DNA from: Sulfolobales archaeon
GTDB lineage: Archaea > Thermoproteota > Thermoprotei_A > Sulfolobales > NBVN01
Direction: 5' to 3'
NCBI GenBank assembly: GCA_038841535.1
Contig: JAWBTQ010000001.1
Span: forward strand, 32,001 to 96,000
Length of the DNA stretch: 64,000 nucleotides
The position numbers and the translations under genes were made by a program. The stretch's first letter is position 1. Every line of letters starts with the position of its first letter. Below are positions 10,250 through 20,305 of the stretch, one piece after another. Under the pieces are notes generated by a model. The model saw only the letters and a list, made by a program, of their open reading frames with translations, ran no database searches and was not told the origin of the DNA.

Positions 10250-11071
10250 TTATACTATTTCCAATAACTCATACGTCAATTCAGATGTCTTAGTTTCCAT
10301 CATGAAGTATACGCATAGTGTATACTCCTTATAATGAGACACCCATATATCTGCCTTAGTTATATTAGCAAAGTGTGGATTATTGGGGTTAGGTGTAAAC
10401 ACAAACTTATCGACGTTTAAGGTAGTGCTTCCGTATGATATTGAAGCTGATGATACATGAGTTAATGTACCTATTTCTGGAGGTGTATAAGGCCATAGTA
10501 TCATTGCAGCCAAGAATTGATGGGGGATGACGAAGAAGTTCATAAATAAGCCTACAGTCTCTGCTACGACGTATTCTGCCATATATGGAGGTATTTCTTT
10601 TCCATTGAACATTACCCTAGGCGTAATTCCAGTCTGTTTTGGAAGCCATATAATGACTGTTGTGTTACCGCTTTCTTCTTCAATTATAAATTCTATCCTC
10701 GTGTATTCCACTCCTCCTACTACTTCAACTCCCTTATTATGGTAATAGAAGATCTCTATCTTTAATTCATTGTCAACGCGGTCGTAATCCTTTAACCTCC
10801 ACTTCATATAACGTACTAAGTTTATGAATTCCTCAAAGGCCTCAATATACTTCTCTTCAGGTGGTGGTGTAGTTGTGTAGGGGGTATACGTAGTAGAAGT
10901 AAGTGGAGTAGTCATCGGTGTTGTTGCATGTGGAGAGGTAGGAGTTGTGTAGGGGGTATACGTAGTAGAAGTAGCTGGACCTCCAGGCTGTAAAGCTGAC
11001 ATTAAGCCATAGATTACAGCAACAGATACTATAGTTACTACAGCCACAACCAAAAATAAAGGTATTTTCAA
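10250..11071 (-). CDS. Membrane-anchored surface protein with Thr/Pro-rich linker; AT-rich, likely acquired
   Basis: N-terminal TM/signal segment, T/P-rich stalk and visibly AT-rich sequence with AT-rich flanks. Confidence 0.75.
   Translation of the reverse strand: MKIPLFLVVAVVTIVSVAVIYGLMSALQPGGPATSTTYTPYTTPTSPHATTPMTTPLTSTTYTPYTTTPPPEEKYIEAFEEFINLVRYMKWRLKDYDRVDNELKIEIFYYHNKGVEVVGGVEYTRIEFIIEEESGNTTVIIWLPKQTGITPRVMFNGKEIPPYMAEYVVAETVGLFMNFFVIPHQFLAAMILWPYTPPEIGTLTHVSSASISYGSTTLNVDKFVFTPNPNNPHFANITKADIWVSHYKEYTLCVYFMMETKTSELTYELLEIV
10871..10973. repeat. 31-bp exact direct repeat (10871-10901 and 10943-10973) encoding TSTTYTPYTT
   Basis: AGTTGTGTAGGGGGTATACGTAGTAGAAGTA occurs twice. Confidence 0.9.
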
Positions 11072-11194
11072 TATTACACCAAATATGATGTATAGTTGTT
11101 GTTTATAAATCTTTTAAGCTAAAAAACACTAAAAATGAGCATTTCATCATAAATAAATTACATGTACCACGTCAGGAACTATTTAAAGTGGACA

Positions 11195-11520
11195 TTATAT
11201 CTTCTTCGTAGAACTTCTTTAGAAGCTCTCCCTATTCCTCATCAACACTACATCGCTATATTCCTGTAGTCAACGTTTTGCGGATAGGCTTGGTACGCTC
11301 CCACACTAAGCTCTCACTCCTGTTTCTCCAGAATGAACTCGCTTAAGGGCATCTTTTGCTACTTCAATATCTATTCGTCTCCTAACACTTCTCTAAAGGC
11401 TCCCTTAGTATTGAAAAGCTCTCATAATCGTCTCCGAGGGATCCCTAGAGATCCCTAGCTCTACCTAGCTTCTCTAGTAAGCAGAGGAGTAGCTTCTCCC
11501 TATTCTCCTACGAGACCTTC
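11195..11520 (-). pseudogene. Decayed 3' fragment of an Lhr-family ATP-dependent helicase
   Basis: Frame-broken peptides AFREVL..DIEVAKDALKRVHSGE..VPSLSA..LQEYSDVVLM..LLKKFYE resemble the archaeal Lhr C-terminus. Confidence 0.55.
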
Positions 11521-11654
11521 CACGGGTTTAGGCTCTCGAACTACACCGACCGTTATCATACCTATGAAGAGTTACTGCTCTACATAAAACATCTCATGGT
11601 TGCGAGGGAAACCGTGAAACGATGGCTTTATGAGTAATCAGCCCCCATGGGGTG

Positions 11655-11732
11655 TGGCGGGCCCGCCGGGATTTGAACCCGGGACCACCGGCTTAGAAGG
11701 CCGGCACCCTATCCTGGCTGGGCCACGGGCCC
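11655..11732 (-). tRNA. tRNA-Arg (TCT), CCA encoded, no intron
   Basis: GGGCCCG acceptor stem, anticodon arm CCGGC-CTTCTAA-GCCGG, GGTTCAAATCC T arm and a GCCA end. Confidence 0.95.
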
Positions 11733-11772
11733 ATTACTCCTCTTAAGCTTTACTGTCGGGCTTTAAATCTCT

Positions 11773-12834
11773 TTATGTCCGGGCTCTAGGCATCATCTTT
11801 ACTGTCGTAGGTGTGCTTAACTCGTTGCCGTGCTCTACGTTCACTCCAAGCATGTTCTTTACTAGCCACATGTTTGTGTACGCATGAAGTGTTAGCTTAG
11901 AGATCCCGATAGTGCTCGGTCCTTCGGCTAGAGCTAGGTAGGGTATGATAATATCGGCCATGTGTCTATCGTAGGCCATTCCGGTTGAGAGGTCCTCGAG
12001 GAGTTTAGATGCGGCCTCTCTACCGACTGCTTCAGCCGGCTTCCCTCTCTCACCTAGAGAGTCACCACCCAAGATGCTGTTCTCAGCTGTAGCCCACAGA
12101 ACTACTCCAGAACCCGGACCTAAGTGAGGGTCTCTCTCTGGGTCGTACCACTCTACCTCTATGTTTACGCTAGATCTAATGCCGGACTTGGAGAGCTCTT
12201 CTTCAGCTGCTCTTGCTTGTCTCTCAGCAACGTGCTTAGGCAGCTTAACGCAGTGTGAAACTCCACCTATACTGAGGACCCTACCGGACTTTACCCTGTT
12301 TACGGGTTTGAAGGACTTCGGGGGCTTATCAACTCTGACTCTAACTAACCCACCTCCCCTAGGGTAGTGCCCCCTCCTCACTAACTCGACTACGAAGTCG
12401 TAGCCTACTCCCTTGAGGTGAGGTCTTACTACGTACCTAAAGTAGTCGATCGGTGGTGACCACGGTACATCAGTACCTCCTCTTACCTCTATGGAGGTCG
12501 GGGAGTCCGCAAAGGCGACTATAGGTAGTAGGGTCTGCAGTACTAGAGTAACAGAGCCGGCAGTTCCTACATCGAAAGTGTAGCTACCCCCACGTATGGT
12601 GCCCGGCTTAAACACTACCTCAGTAGACCCTACTGAAGCCCCCTCTACCGTAGCACTACATATCTTTGCTGCCGCCAGTATGCCGGTTAAGTGCTGCCTC
12701 TTAAGCCCGGGTTCGGGCCTCTTAGCTCTTATGTTTACGACTCTTATGTCTACACCAGTTATTGCCGATAGAGCTACGGCAGTTCTAAGTATCTGGCCAC
12801 CACCTTCACCAAAAGAACCGTCTATAACGAGCAA
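11773..12834 (-). CDS. rtcA: RNA 3'-terminal phosphate cyclase
   Basis: IDGSFGEGGGQILR, RRGHYPRGGG and LTLHAYTN (catalytic His). Confidence 0.95.
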   Translation of the reverse strand: MLVIDGSFGEGGGQILRTAVALSAITGVDIRVVNIRAKRPEPGLKRQHLTGILAAAKICSATVEGASVGSTEVVFKPGTIRGGSYTFDVGTAGSVTLVLQTLLPIVAFADSPTSIEVRGGTDVPWSPPIDYFRYVVRPHLKGVGYDFVVELVRRGHYPRGGGLVRVRVDKPPKSFKPVNRVKSGRVLSIGGVSHCVKLPKHVAERQARAAEEELSKSGIRSSVNIEVEWYDPERDPHLGPGSGVVLWATAENSILGGDSLGERGKPAEAVGREAASKLLEDLSTGMAYDRHMADIIIPYLALAEGPSTIGISKLTLHAYTNMWLVKNMLGVNVEHGNELSTPTTVKMMPRART

Positions 12835-12843
12835 TAGCGACCC

Positions 12844-13377
12844 CTAGTCCGAACCTAGAACCTCCTTCATCCTCCTAACTCCGTCTATTTCGTCAATGAA
12901 CCTAGCTACTGAAGACGGTACGTAAGACCTCCAGCTCTCGTCACCAGTAACCATGAGCCTCCTGATCTTAGTAGACGAGTACCTCCCCCTCTCGTAGGGA
13001 GGCGGTATGAGCACGTCATAGCCAGCCTCTCTAAAAAGCCTAACTACTAGCGGGTTTCTAGCTACTCCATACTTAAACTTAGGTACGTATAGCTGAACGT
13101 AAGAAGGCCACACAAAGTTCATCAGTATATCGGGAACTGGTATGATGTAGACCCTACTCAAGTCCAACCCGAACTCAGCTACCGCGAGTTTAAGCATCAA
13201 AACCCTCTCACCAGCAGTAAACGGATTAACAACGGTATGAGACTCTTGAGCCGTACCAACAGCAACGATGAGCTCGTCAACCCTATCTAGAGCCCACTTA
13301 ATTACCTCAACATGACCTAGGTGGACGGGTTGAAACCTACCCGGATAGACTGCTCTAATTACGTCACTCCAGACCAC
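12844..13377 (-). CDS. nadM: Nicotinamide-nucleotide adenylyltransferase
   Basis: GRFQPVHLGH, NPFTAGER and SSTKIR. Confidence 0.9.
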   Translation of the reverse strand: MVWSDVIRAVYPGRFQPVHLGHVEVIKWALDRVDELIVAVGTAQESHTVVNPFTAGERVLMLKLAVAEFGLDLSRVYIIPVPDILMNFVWPSYVQLYVPKFKYGVARNPLVVRLFREAGYDVLIPPPYERGRYSSTKIRRLMVTGDESWRSYVPSSVARFIDEIDGVRRMKEVLGSD

Positions 13378-14500
13378 TTACCCCTCCAAACCACATTACT
13401 CAAAAAGCATATAAACCAAGACAATACTACTCCAACCTTCTCCCTGGGGCAGGAATCCTCTATAAAGCGGGAGGTTTAAGGCTCAGCTAAGGCATCAAGC
13501 TGTTGGCTTATCGTTTTTGAAAGCTTATTTTCCCTCCCAATGGACATCTTTGTTGTGGTTACCGGGATGTCCAGACCTTCCTCTTACTTACTGAGTGAGT
13601 AGAGTAGGGATGATGTAATATACTGTTAGACTCTCACTACCGCTCAAGATTTGTGAGTTCGTAGTTAAAGCTTACGCTAAGAAGGTCTCTGGAGTCGGGC
13701 TACCTATAGTCTTTAGGCTTAAGTCCAAGACTTAAACTTAAGGGCTGCCTCAACTAGGAGTAGAATTAATAGAGAGATTCTTCTGCTAATAGACATCGAG
13801 ACCTTTAGTGATGGAACTCTAATCAATGGAGTTCGAGCCTCGAGTAGGGGTCACACAGTTTAGGCTCTGTAGAGCCTCTTAATCGGCGGGATCTTTTACA
13901 CTAGTATCCGCTACTATTCGAGTTCTCGGTTAGCGCTATGCCCGTATCGAAGGAGGAGATCACTGCACTAATACCTGCATTGAAAAAGAAGCAACCGGGT
14001 GGTTTTGAGTGAGCTCAAGAATGGAGGCTGCAATAACATACTAGTAGTCGACGGCACCTAACGGATAGGATGGTAGAGATGGCTGGGATCGCGAGTGGCG
14101 ACATTGCCTACGAAGACTGTAGAGGAAAGGCTGGCGCTATCGATACGGGCCTTAAGTGCACTAAAGTACCCTAAGAGAGCTTGAGTCGAATGGAAAACAT
14201 TTAATAAAGAGAAATCGTTCTAGCGACTGCACTCTTTCGCCGTAGTTCGTGGCTACCTCCGGGTTCTGAGAGTCAAAATACTGGGTGTGACAAAATCGTA
14301 GAGTATGTAACCCTCGATTAATTCAAGGTCTTTAAGAGATTGTTCTCCAATCGAGTTGAGGGCTTCATGCAATCTCAAGTTTAAGTCTATTTCCATTTTT
14401 ACCTCTTTACTCTCTACTATTTGATAGCTGATCTAGGAGGTCTCGAGTAAGTTGTTTAAATGGATGCTAGTCAGCATAGTATAGCAGTTGGGGTGAGAGT

Positions 14501-14692
14501 GTGAGCTCCAGTATTGATAGATCTAGAGAGGCTTTTAGAGCTGTATACCTCACTAGGGGGAGGTTTAGGACGACTAGGAGAGACCTGCGTAGCTCACTAA
14601 AGTTAGCGAGCTTAGCGAGAGAGCTTAGTAGTACGTACTTAGAGGTGGTTGAGTGGTGTGGGTGGCGGAGAGTAGTAGCACTGAGAGCTTAG
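14501..14692 (+). CDS. Small basic protein overlapping the nucleotidyltransferase gene
   Basis: 63-aa ORF with GGGGTGA upstream; overlaps the next CDS. Confidence 0.5.
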   Translation: MSSSIDRSREAFRAVYLTRGRFRTTRRDLRSSLKLASLARELSSTYLEVVEWCGWRRVVALRA

Positions 14693-15297
14693 AGGACTTA
14701 GTGGAGGACCTTTATAGCACGTTTAAGAGTCGTATCTTACCTAGACTTCTCGAGATCCACGAGGAGACTAAGAGGTACCTCTACTTCGTATCTTGGTTAA
14801 ACAGAGAGCTTGAAGAGAGGGGTTTAGGCAGAATCGTGGTAACTGGTGGATTCGCTATTGAGGTGTATACGGGGAGAGTCTACAGAACCATGGATGTAGA
14901 CATAGTCGTTGAGGATTCGAGAGCAGCTAGAGTCATCGAAATGTTTCTCACAAAATTCTCGGAGAAAATTGGTCGGGGCTACCTACCTAGGTACGAAGTC
15001 CTGCAATTAAAGTCTATAGATGTAGTTTCCTCAGTATACGGAAAGGAAGCACTGCCGACAAAGCTACTTGTAGAAAACCTTTACGTTTACATAGAGCCTG
15101 TTGAGGAGCTCATAGTTACTTATCTAGCTGGCTGGAAGTACTGGAGTGCGACAGAAGATCGAGATAAAGCACTCTGGCTCTACATTACGTGGAAGGACAG
15201 AGTGGACTTAAACTACCTCAAGAAGAGGTCCAAAGAGGAAGGAGTATTAGACTACTTAGAACTACTGGAGACGATCGTGAAAGACCAATACGCATGA
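14653..15297 (+). CDS. Pol-beta-superfamily nucleotidyltransferase (DUF6036/AbiEii-like)
   Basis: VTGGFA..Y..YRTMDVD signature. Confidence 0.7.
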   Translation: MVWVAESSSTESLEDLVEDLYSTFKSRILPRLLEIHEETKRYLYFVSWLNRELEERGLGRIVVTGGFAIEVYTGRVYRTMDVDIVVEDSRAARVIEMFLTKFSEKIGRGYLPRYEVLQLKSIDVVSSVYGKEALPTKLLVENLYVYIEPVEELIVTYLAGWKYWSATEDRDKALWLYITWKDRVDLNYLKKRSKEEGVLDYLELLETIVKDQYA

Positions 15298-15337
15298 AAA
15301 TATCGGCACCAAGCCGTTACACTCGTGGGGCTTGGCT

Positions 15338-15440
15338 CCGACGTGTGCTCATATATGTGCTCATATGAGTTGTTGCTACTACCTCATTTCCCCACTCTCC
15401 AACCATTCCCTGTTCTCGTCATGCTTTAGAAGGCCGGTTT
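15338..15440 (-). mobile_element. Degenerate right-end/omegaRNA remnant of a TnpB element
   Basis: Tandem ATATGAGCACA repeats ending near CGG, preceded by GACGAGAAC..GGGAAATGAGG, resembling the copy A/C tail. Confidence 0.35.
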
Positions 15441-15525
15441 GATGTTCTTAAAGCCGTGGGAGTCAGAACTTTCGAGAGAGTGCTCAACAGAGTTAGGCAG
15501 TATGACTTCGTGTTGAGCTCGACCC

Positions 15526-16089
15526 CTAGCTATCTCGTGTGTAGCAGTCTTGCCTTAAGTAGAGCTCCAGGTACGACTCTGTTATTAACTCGTTTGCCGA
15601 GATCCCCAATGAACTGAGTGTCTCCCTGACTTTAGCTAGAAAGCTCTCTGCCGATGGAGGGTTTACTTCCTCAAATTCCAAAAACCTCCCGAGGCACTCC
15701 ACCTCGTCTAGTGAGACCTTGAGGTCGGCACTACTGAAGTAGGTCCTCTTCTTCCTTATGATTACGCCACTAAATCCGGCTAGCTTCAGGACCTCCAGGA
15801 CTCTGTCGTCAGGTAAAGGCACCTCAAGCTCGTCCCGCGCTTTAACTTTCTCGAACGCTATTACTCCCTTGTACGTCAGTCTATGTTCGACAGTAGAGCC
15901 GGTGATTACCTTCCTAAACCTAAGAACGGTGCCATGCTTATATCCCGGACAACCCCTTAGGTCGAAGTAGTGATCTTCCTCTAGCACATCTCCCTCCTTC
16001 GTGAAGCCGAGCGAAGTTAGTTTACTGACTATACTCTCAAAGTCGACCTCATCGATCCTTACTTTAACCTCGTACTCAGCACTCCGCAC
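15526..16089 (-). CDS. cyaB: CYTH / class IV adenylate cyclase-like triphosphate tunnel enzyme
   Basis: EYEVK, DHYF, LTYKG, KKRT and LGRFLEFE. Confidence 0.85.
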   Translation of the reverse strand: MRSAEYEVKVRIDEVDFESIVSKLTSLGFTKEGDVLEEDHYFDLRGCPGYKHGTVLRFRKVITGSTVEHRLTYKGVIAFEKVKARDELEVPLPDDRVLEVLKLAGFSGVIIRKKRTYFSSADLKVSLDEVECLGRFLEFEEVNPPSAESFLAKVRETLSSLGISANELITESYLELYLRQDCYTRDS

Positions 16090-16220
16090 GGTACTAACCC
16101 CTAGATAGCTAGGTGTTCCGAAGTTAAGAGCTGAGATGTTTACATGCGTAGTTTGTAGACACCAAACTTATTCTAGCTTGAGCTAATCTCTGTGGCTAAC
16201 TTAACATCTAGTGATGCGGA

Positions 16221-17255
16221 ATGCTGCGAAGCTATACTAAGCTACTAGAGGACGTAGAGAGGAAGGTAGCTGAGGCAGTAAACGGGGGAGTCAGAGCTAT
16301 CGCCTCAAAGTTCGGCTATTTAGAATACATGATTGTGAGGTATCACGAGATACTCGGAGATTGGAGTGAGGTTGTTGAGTTACTGAGAGCATTCGAGAAA
16401 CCCCTCGTTAAGGCGATTAGAGTCAATACACTAAGGTTTAAATCAGTTGCGGAAGTAGTGGAAAGACTTGAAAAACTCGGGTACGAGTTCTCTAAGATAC
16501 CTTGGGATAGGCATTCCTATACCGTTGTTAGAGCTGGCAGGGTTTCTCTAGGAGCTACACACGAGTTCCTCCTGGGAGGCTATTACCCGTACAGAGGCCT
16601 TGCCTCCCTCATTCCACCACTTGCTCTAGAACCGCGGGAGCTGGATAGAGTCCTAGATAGTGCGGCAGCACCGGGAGGTAAGACAACGCACCTAGCCCAG
16701 CTAATGGGGAACAGCGGCCTCATACTGGCAACTGACGTCAGTAGAGAGAGGTTTAGAGCTCTCCGGACTAACCTAGAGAGAATGGGAGTAGAGAACGTAG
16801 TGGCTATAAGGATAGACAGCAGAAGGATTCCCGAGATCTTCGGGGAGTACTTCACTAAGTCCCTACTAGATGCTCCCTGTACTGGTGAAGGCATTATCCA
16901 GCTCGACCCATCTAGAAAGACTAAGACTTCCTTCGAAGACCTCGTTAGAGCCCACAAAAAACAGGTAGAGCTACTTACAGCAACTGTACACTCGACAGCC
17001 CCCGGTGGTAGGGTGGTGTACTCTACCTGCTCGATAGCTCCTGAGGAGAACGAGTTCACTATAGCAGAAGTCCTTGAGAGCTTGGGTGGCGTGAGAATAG
17101 TGAGTCCTTCAATCAGTTTAGACCTCGAGCCCGGGGTTACCGAGTACTTTGGGATTAGACTATCAGACCAACTCAAGTTGTGTGGTAGAACTTACCCACA
17201 CAAGCAGGGTTTCGAGGGGTTCTTCGTATGCGTACTCGAAAAAGAGAGGAAATGA
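16221..17255 (+). CDS. RsmB/NOP2/NSUN-family RNA m5C methyltransferase
   Basis: AAAPGGKT, LLDAPCTG and YSTCS..PEENE. Confidence 0.9.
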   Translation: MLRSYTKLLEDVERKVAEAVNGGVRAIASKFGYLEYMIVRYHEILGDWSEVVELLRAFEKPLVKAIRVNTLRFKSVAEVVERLEKLGYEFSKIPWDRHSYTVVRAGRVSLGATHEFLLGGYYPYRGLASLIPPLALEPRELDRVLDSAAAPGGKTTHLAQLMGNSGLILATDVSRERFRALRTNLERMGVENVVAIRIDSRRIPEIFGEYFTKSLLDAPCTGEGIIQLDPSRKTKTSFEDLVRAHKKQVELLTATVHSTAPGGRVVYSTCSIAPEENEFTIAEVLESLGGVRIVSPSISLDLEPGVTEYFGIRLSDQLKLCGRTYPHKQGFEGFFVCVLEKERK

Positions 17256-17824
17256 AGTGCTGGCTTGGGGGAGACGAAGTATTAAAGCACATCAGCAGGC
17301 TGTACGGATCAGAGGCTACTGGAGCTATAAGAGGCTACACGCCATTGTACTGCTTTGGGTCGTTTACCGAGGTCTACTTAGTTAAAGACCAGTTAGTGGA
17401 GGTAGTTGAAGCGGTACTTAGGAGTGGTAGGATACCCTACTTCGCGGGAATGTACGGAGGAAGGTTAAGACCTACTAAACCTGGGTTCATCCCCTCACAC
17501 ATGCTCGTAGAGAGAGTATACGAGTTCCTTGGGCACCCGGTTAGAGCAGTAAAGGCTCTAGAGCAGGGTATTAAAGTAGCTCTCTACGGTAGGGACCTCC
17601 TTGCCGAGTCAGTAGCACTGTGTTTCGAGCCTGTAGAGTTTGGTGAGGTAATCTCGGTTGTCGGACCAGATGGATACGTGTACGCTGTAGGTCTCTCAAA
17701 AGTCTCGAGTTGCGAGGAAGTAGCTATGCTTAGAAAAAAAGATGTTGTAGTACGTACGGTATTTGATTTAGGCTGGTACCTAAGGGGTGGAACGACCCCG
17801 AGGGAACCAAAGTACAAGCTGTAG
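17252..17824 (+). CDS. NIP7-like PUA-domain protein
   Basis: ATGA overlap with the methyltransferase stop; LYGRD..DLGWYLRGG. Confidence 0.75.
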   Translation: MKCWLGGDEVLKHISRLYGSEATGAIRGYTPLYCFGSFTEVYLVKDQLVEVVEAVLRSGRIPYFAGMYGGRLRPTKPGFIPSHMLVERVYEFLGHPVRAVKALEQGIKVALYGRDLLAESVALCFEPVEFGEVISVVGPDGYVYAVGLSKVSSCEEVAMLRKKDVVVRTVFDLGWYLRGGTTPREPKYKL

Positions 17825-17886
17825 CTGTCTCACTTCGTTTAAAGAATTTGAATCCGTACTAGTGCAGCAGGATAGCTACCTCTAGA

Positions 17887-18564
17887 CTATGCCTCTAGTA
17901 GCTCTCTCATAACTCTTGCTAGTAAAGTTCTCGGTAGTATCACGGGTTTCCCGGTAGCCCTAGCTACAGCTTTCTTAACCTCAGTAGTGAACCCTATGCA
18001 GTCCAGTACTACCAGATCACATTCTCCTAGTCTTTCTGAAGTTCTCACTATGTCTTCTACGGTGCTGGTATAGGGTGACGCGCTCGCAACCATTACTTCC
18101 GGAGTTACCGAACTCCACTTTCTCCTAGTTAGCTCTACTTGTGCTGGACTCGGAATTACAACACCTAGCTTACTAACTTTAAGCGACTCCACCACCTTTA
18201 GCAGTAAGTCGGAGGGTTCTATAAGTACCTTCCTCGACTTAAGCTCTGGGAATTCACCAGTACATAGGAGCCCTATCACGTCTACCTGCTGCTCTAGTTT
18301 ATCTATGCAGCTCTGCATTCGCTCGATTATTCTCTCTCTCGATACCTTAACCTCGGTGCCGTCCCGGAGCCTAGTGACTAGTAGGTATTCACCCTCCCTA
18401 GGGGCTAGTGCTGCTATTTCTTCCCTACTCAGTCCGTCTAGTGCTCCACACTCAACAATCTCTACACTTACATCACCTAGAACTCTAACGACTTCTGTTA
18501 CTACGTCCACTCTAGGCGACTGACCTATAGTGACTAAACCAACTCTCCTCGTAGACTTCACCAC
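17887..18564 (-). CDS. AroM-family protein
   Basis: TIGQSPRVD, LVTRLRDG, LLCTGEF and LDCIGF. Confidence 0.85.
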   Translation of the reverse strand: MVKSTRRVGLVTIGQSPRVDVVTEVVRVLGDVSVEIVECGALDGLSREEIAALAPREGEYLLVTRLRDGTEVKVSRERIIERMQSCIDKLEQQVDVIGLLCTGEFPELKSRKVLIEPSDLLLKVVESLKVSKLGVVIPSPAQVELTRRKWSSVTPEVMVASASPYTSTVEDIVRTSERLGECDLVVLDCIGFTTEVKKAVARATGKPVILPRTLLARVMRELLEA

Positions 18565-19631
18565 AGCTTCTTACCTATTACACTCTCGACTTGCTTCAAC
18601 AGCTCTGGGTCTTTAACGCCCGCACCTAGCGGCACGAAGCCCTTCGGTATCGCTATGACTAGAGTTTCGTCACCCTCCCTAATTTCTGCTGAAGTCAGGG
18701 GTAGAGAGGTCTTAATGCTCAACGTAACTATGAGATCAGGAAAAGTAGCTAGTCTCATGCCATTGGAGTCTTCTAGAGTCATATACTCGTTCCAAAAAGT
18801 TATCTCGTAACGCTTTGAAGCCCCCCTCACTACTACTCTCCCGATATCGTAACCACCGCGCGTCTCCAGGACTACTGTCTCTACAACACCCCTATCGACT
18901 ACTTCCCCACTACCGAGGTACTTTATAACGTCTAAGGCTACTGCCTCCGCATCACCGTAGTGCTTCTGCATTATCTTCCCCACCTCGATAGCCTTACTTA
19001 GCCCTCCCACAGCTGCGTTCTCTTTAACGTACTCGGGGCTAACCGGGTTACGTGCTACAGCAACCATACCGCCCGCCTGAACAGAGGCTTCTCTAACTAA
19101 CCTATCAACTCTAGCTAAAGACCCGCAAGCGACCAGCTCAACGTACGTTCCAGCCTCCTTGCTCCCACCGACAGCTGCTTGAATAGATACATAACCTCTA
19201 ACTCTATGTAAACCCATGGACCCCATAACACCCGTTGGGTGAGCTCTGCCGTCAGCAGGTGCGTCCACTACGGGAACCTCGAGGGCTGCTGCGGGAACCC
19301 AGCCGTTAGCTGTTGAAGCACCCCCGTTCTCAGAGGATATAAAGCCCCCTATCTGTATTCGCGCATAGTCCCTCAAGAGCTCCGCGGACTTAACCATGTG
19401 AGTAGGTCTAACATACCTCTCTCTAGCCGCTGGAGCTCCAACTAGTGAGGCAGTAACTACGAAGCTATCCCTAGGTATATCACTTACATCAACTACGTAG
19501 AGGTCTCCAAGCTCTACGGCTAGCCTAGCAGCAGCTAACCCGGTCTTTAAGTCTCCCCCACCGCCTCCACCGAAAAATGAGCCCCCTAGTATTGCTGCTT
19601 CAGCTATCTTCTCATCTAACTTGATCCTCAC
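18558..19631 (-). CDS. DUF917-family protein
   Basis: GGGGGG, ENGG..NGW, DGRAHP, FWNEY and TFPDLI. Confidence 0.8.
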   Translation of the reverse strand: MRIKLDEKIAEAAILGGSFFGGGGGGDLKTGLAAARLAVELGDLYVVDVSDIPRDSFVVTASLVGAPAARERYVRPTHMVKSAELLRDYARIQIGGFISSENGGASTANGWVPAAALEVPVVDAPADGRAHPTGVMGSMGLHRVRGYVSIQAAVGGSKEAGTYVELVACGSLARVDRLVREASVQAGGMVAVARNPVSPEYVKENAAVGGLSKAIEVGKIMQKHYGDAEAVALDVIKYLGSGEVVDRGVVETVVLETRGGYDIGRVVVRGASKRYEITFWNEYMTLEDSNGMRLATFPDLIVTLSIKTSLPLTSAEIREGDETLVIAIPKGFVPLGAGVKDPELLKQVESVIGKKLW

Positions 19632-20305
19632 CTAGCACCACCTATAGCTCCCTGCCTTAAAATACTCAGAGTTATAGCACCAGCAGCTACAACTGGGTCA
19701 ACCACCCTAACTCCAGAAACGGTCTCCGCAATTTTAGCGAAGCCTATAGTAGAGTACCCAGTACAGGCTAGTACGACAACGTCAACACCCTTCCCAGCAA
19801 GCCTCTTCAGAGCAATTAGAGCTGCCTCCCTACCCCTGTCAGTCAATAAGTCTAGAGTAGTTCTCACACCCTCAGGTTTCTCCTCAGCTACAAGGTGAAT
19901 CCCCAGGACCCTCCTCACTACCTCAGGTGTTTCTTCAGTAAGGTTCAGAACACCAACTCTCTCACCGCACGCTAATGCTACTGAAGCAGCCGCAGATCCC
20001 GCACCTACAACTGGGATCTTTAACTGCTTTCTAGCTTCACTAACTGCCGGGTCGGCTGCGCAGCTCACAACTACTGCCTCAGCTCCCTCCTTCTCTAGTT
20101 CTCTAGCTACCCTCAGTATCTTCGGCTTAGCCACCTCCTCGGACTCTCGGTCGTATATACCCATCGGCTGGTTCTCAATGCACTTACTGACTACTTTCAG
20201 CTCGGGGAATGCTGACTCTATGATCCTACCGTGCTGATTCAGTGCCTCGTCGTCTTTTAGCGTGATGACCCTAATTAGCCCGACGACATGTCTCATGGAT
20301 TCCAC
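19628..20305 (-). CDS. Asp/Glu/hydantoin racemase family protein
   Basis: Two catalytic-type Cys residues in SCAADP and LACTG. Confidence 0.85.
   Translation of the reverse strand: MESMRHVVGLIRVITLKDDEALNQHGRIIESAFPELKVVSKCIENQPMGIYDRESEEVAKPKILRVARELEKEGAEAVVVSCAADPAVSEARKQLKIPVVGAGSAAASVALACGERVGVLNLTEETPEVVRRVLGIHLVAEEKPEGVRTTLDLLTDRGREAALIALKRLAGKGVDVVVLACTGYSTIGFAKIAETVSGVRVVDPVVAAGAITLSILRQGAIGGAR

Noticed and set aside
13380-14490. Gene or ncRNA in the 1.1-kb non-coding gap
   Set aside because: It looks like decayed coding sequence, but no family, C/D box set or repeat could be supported.
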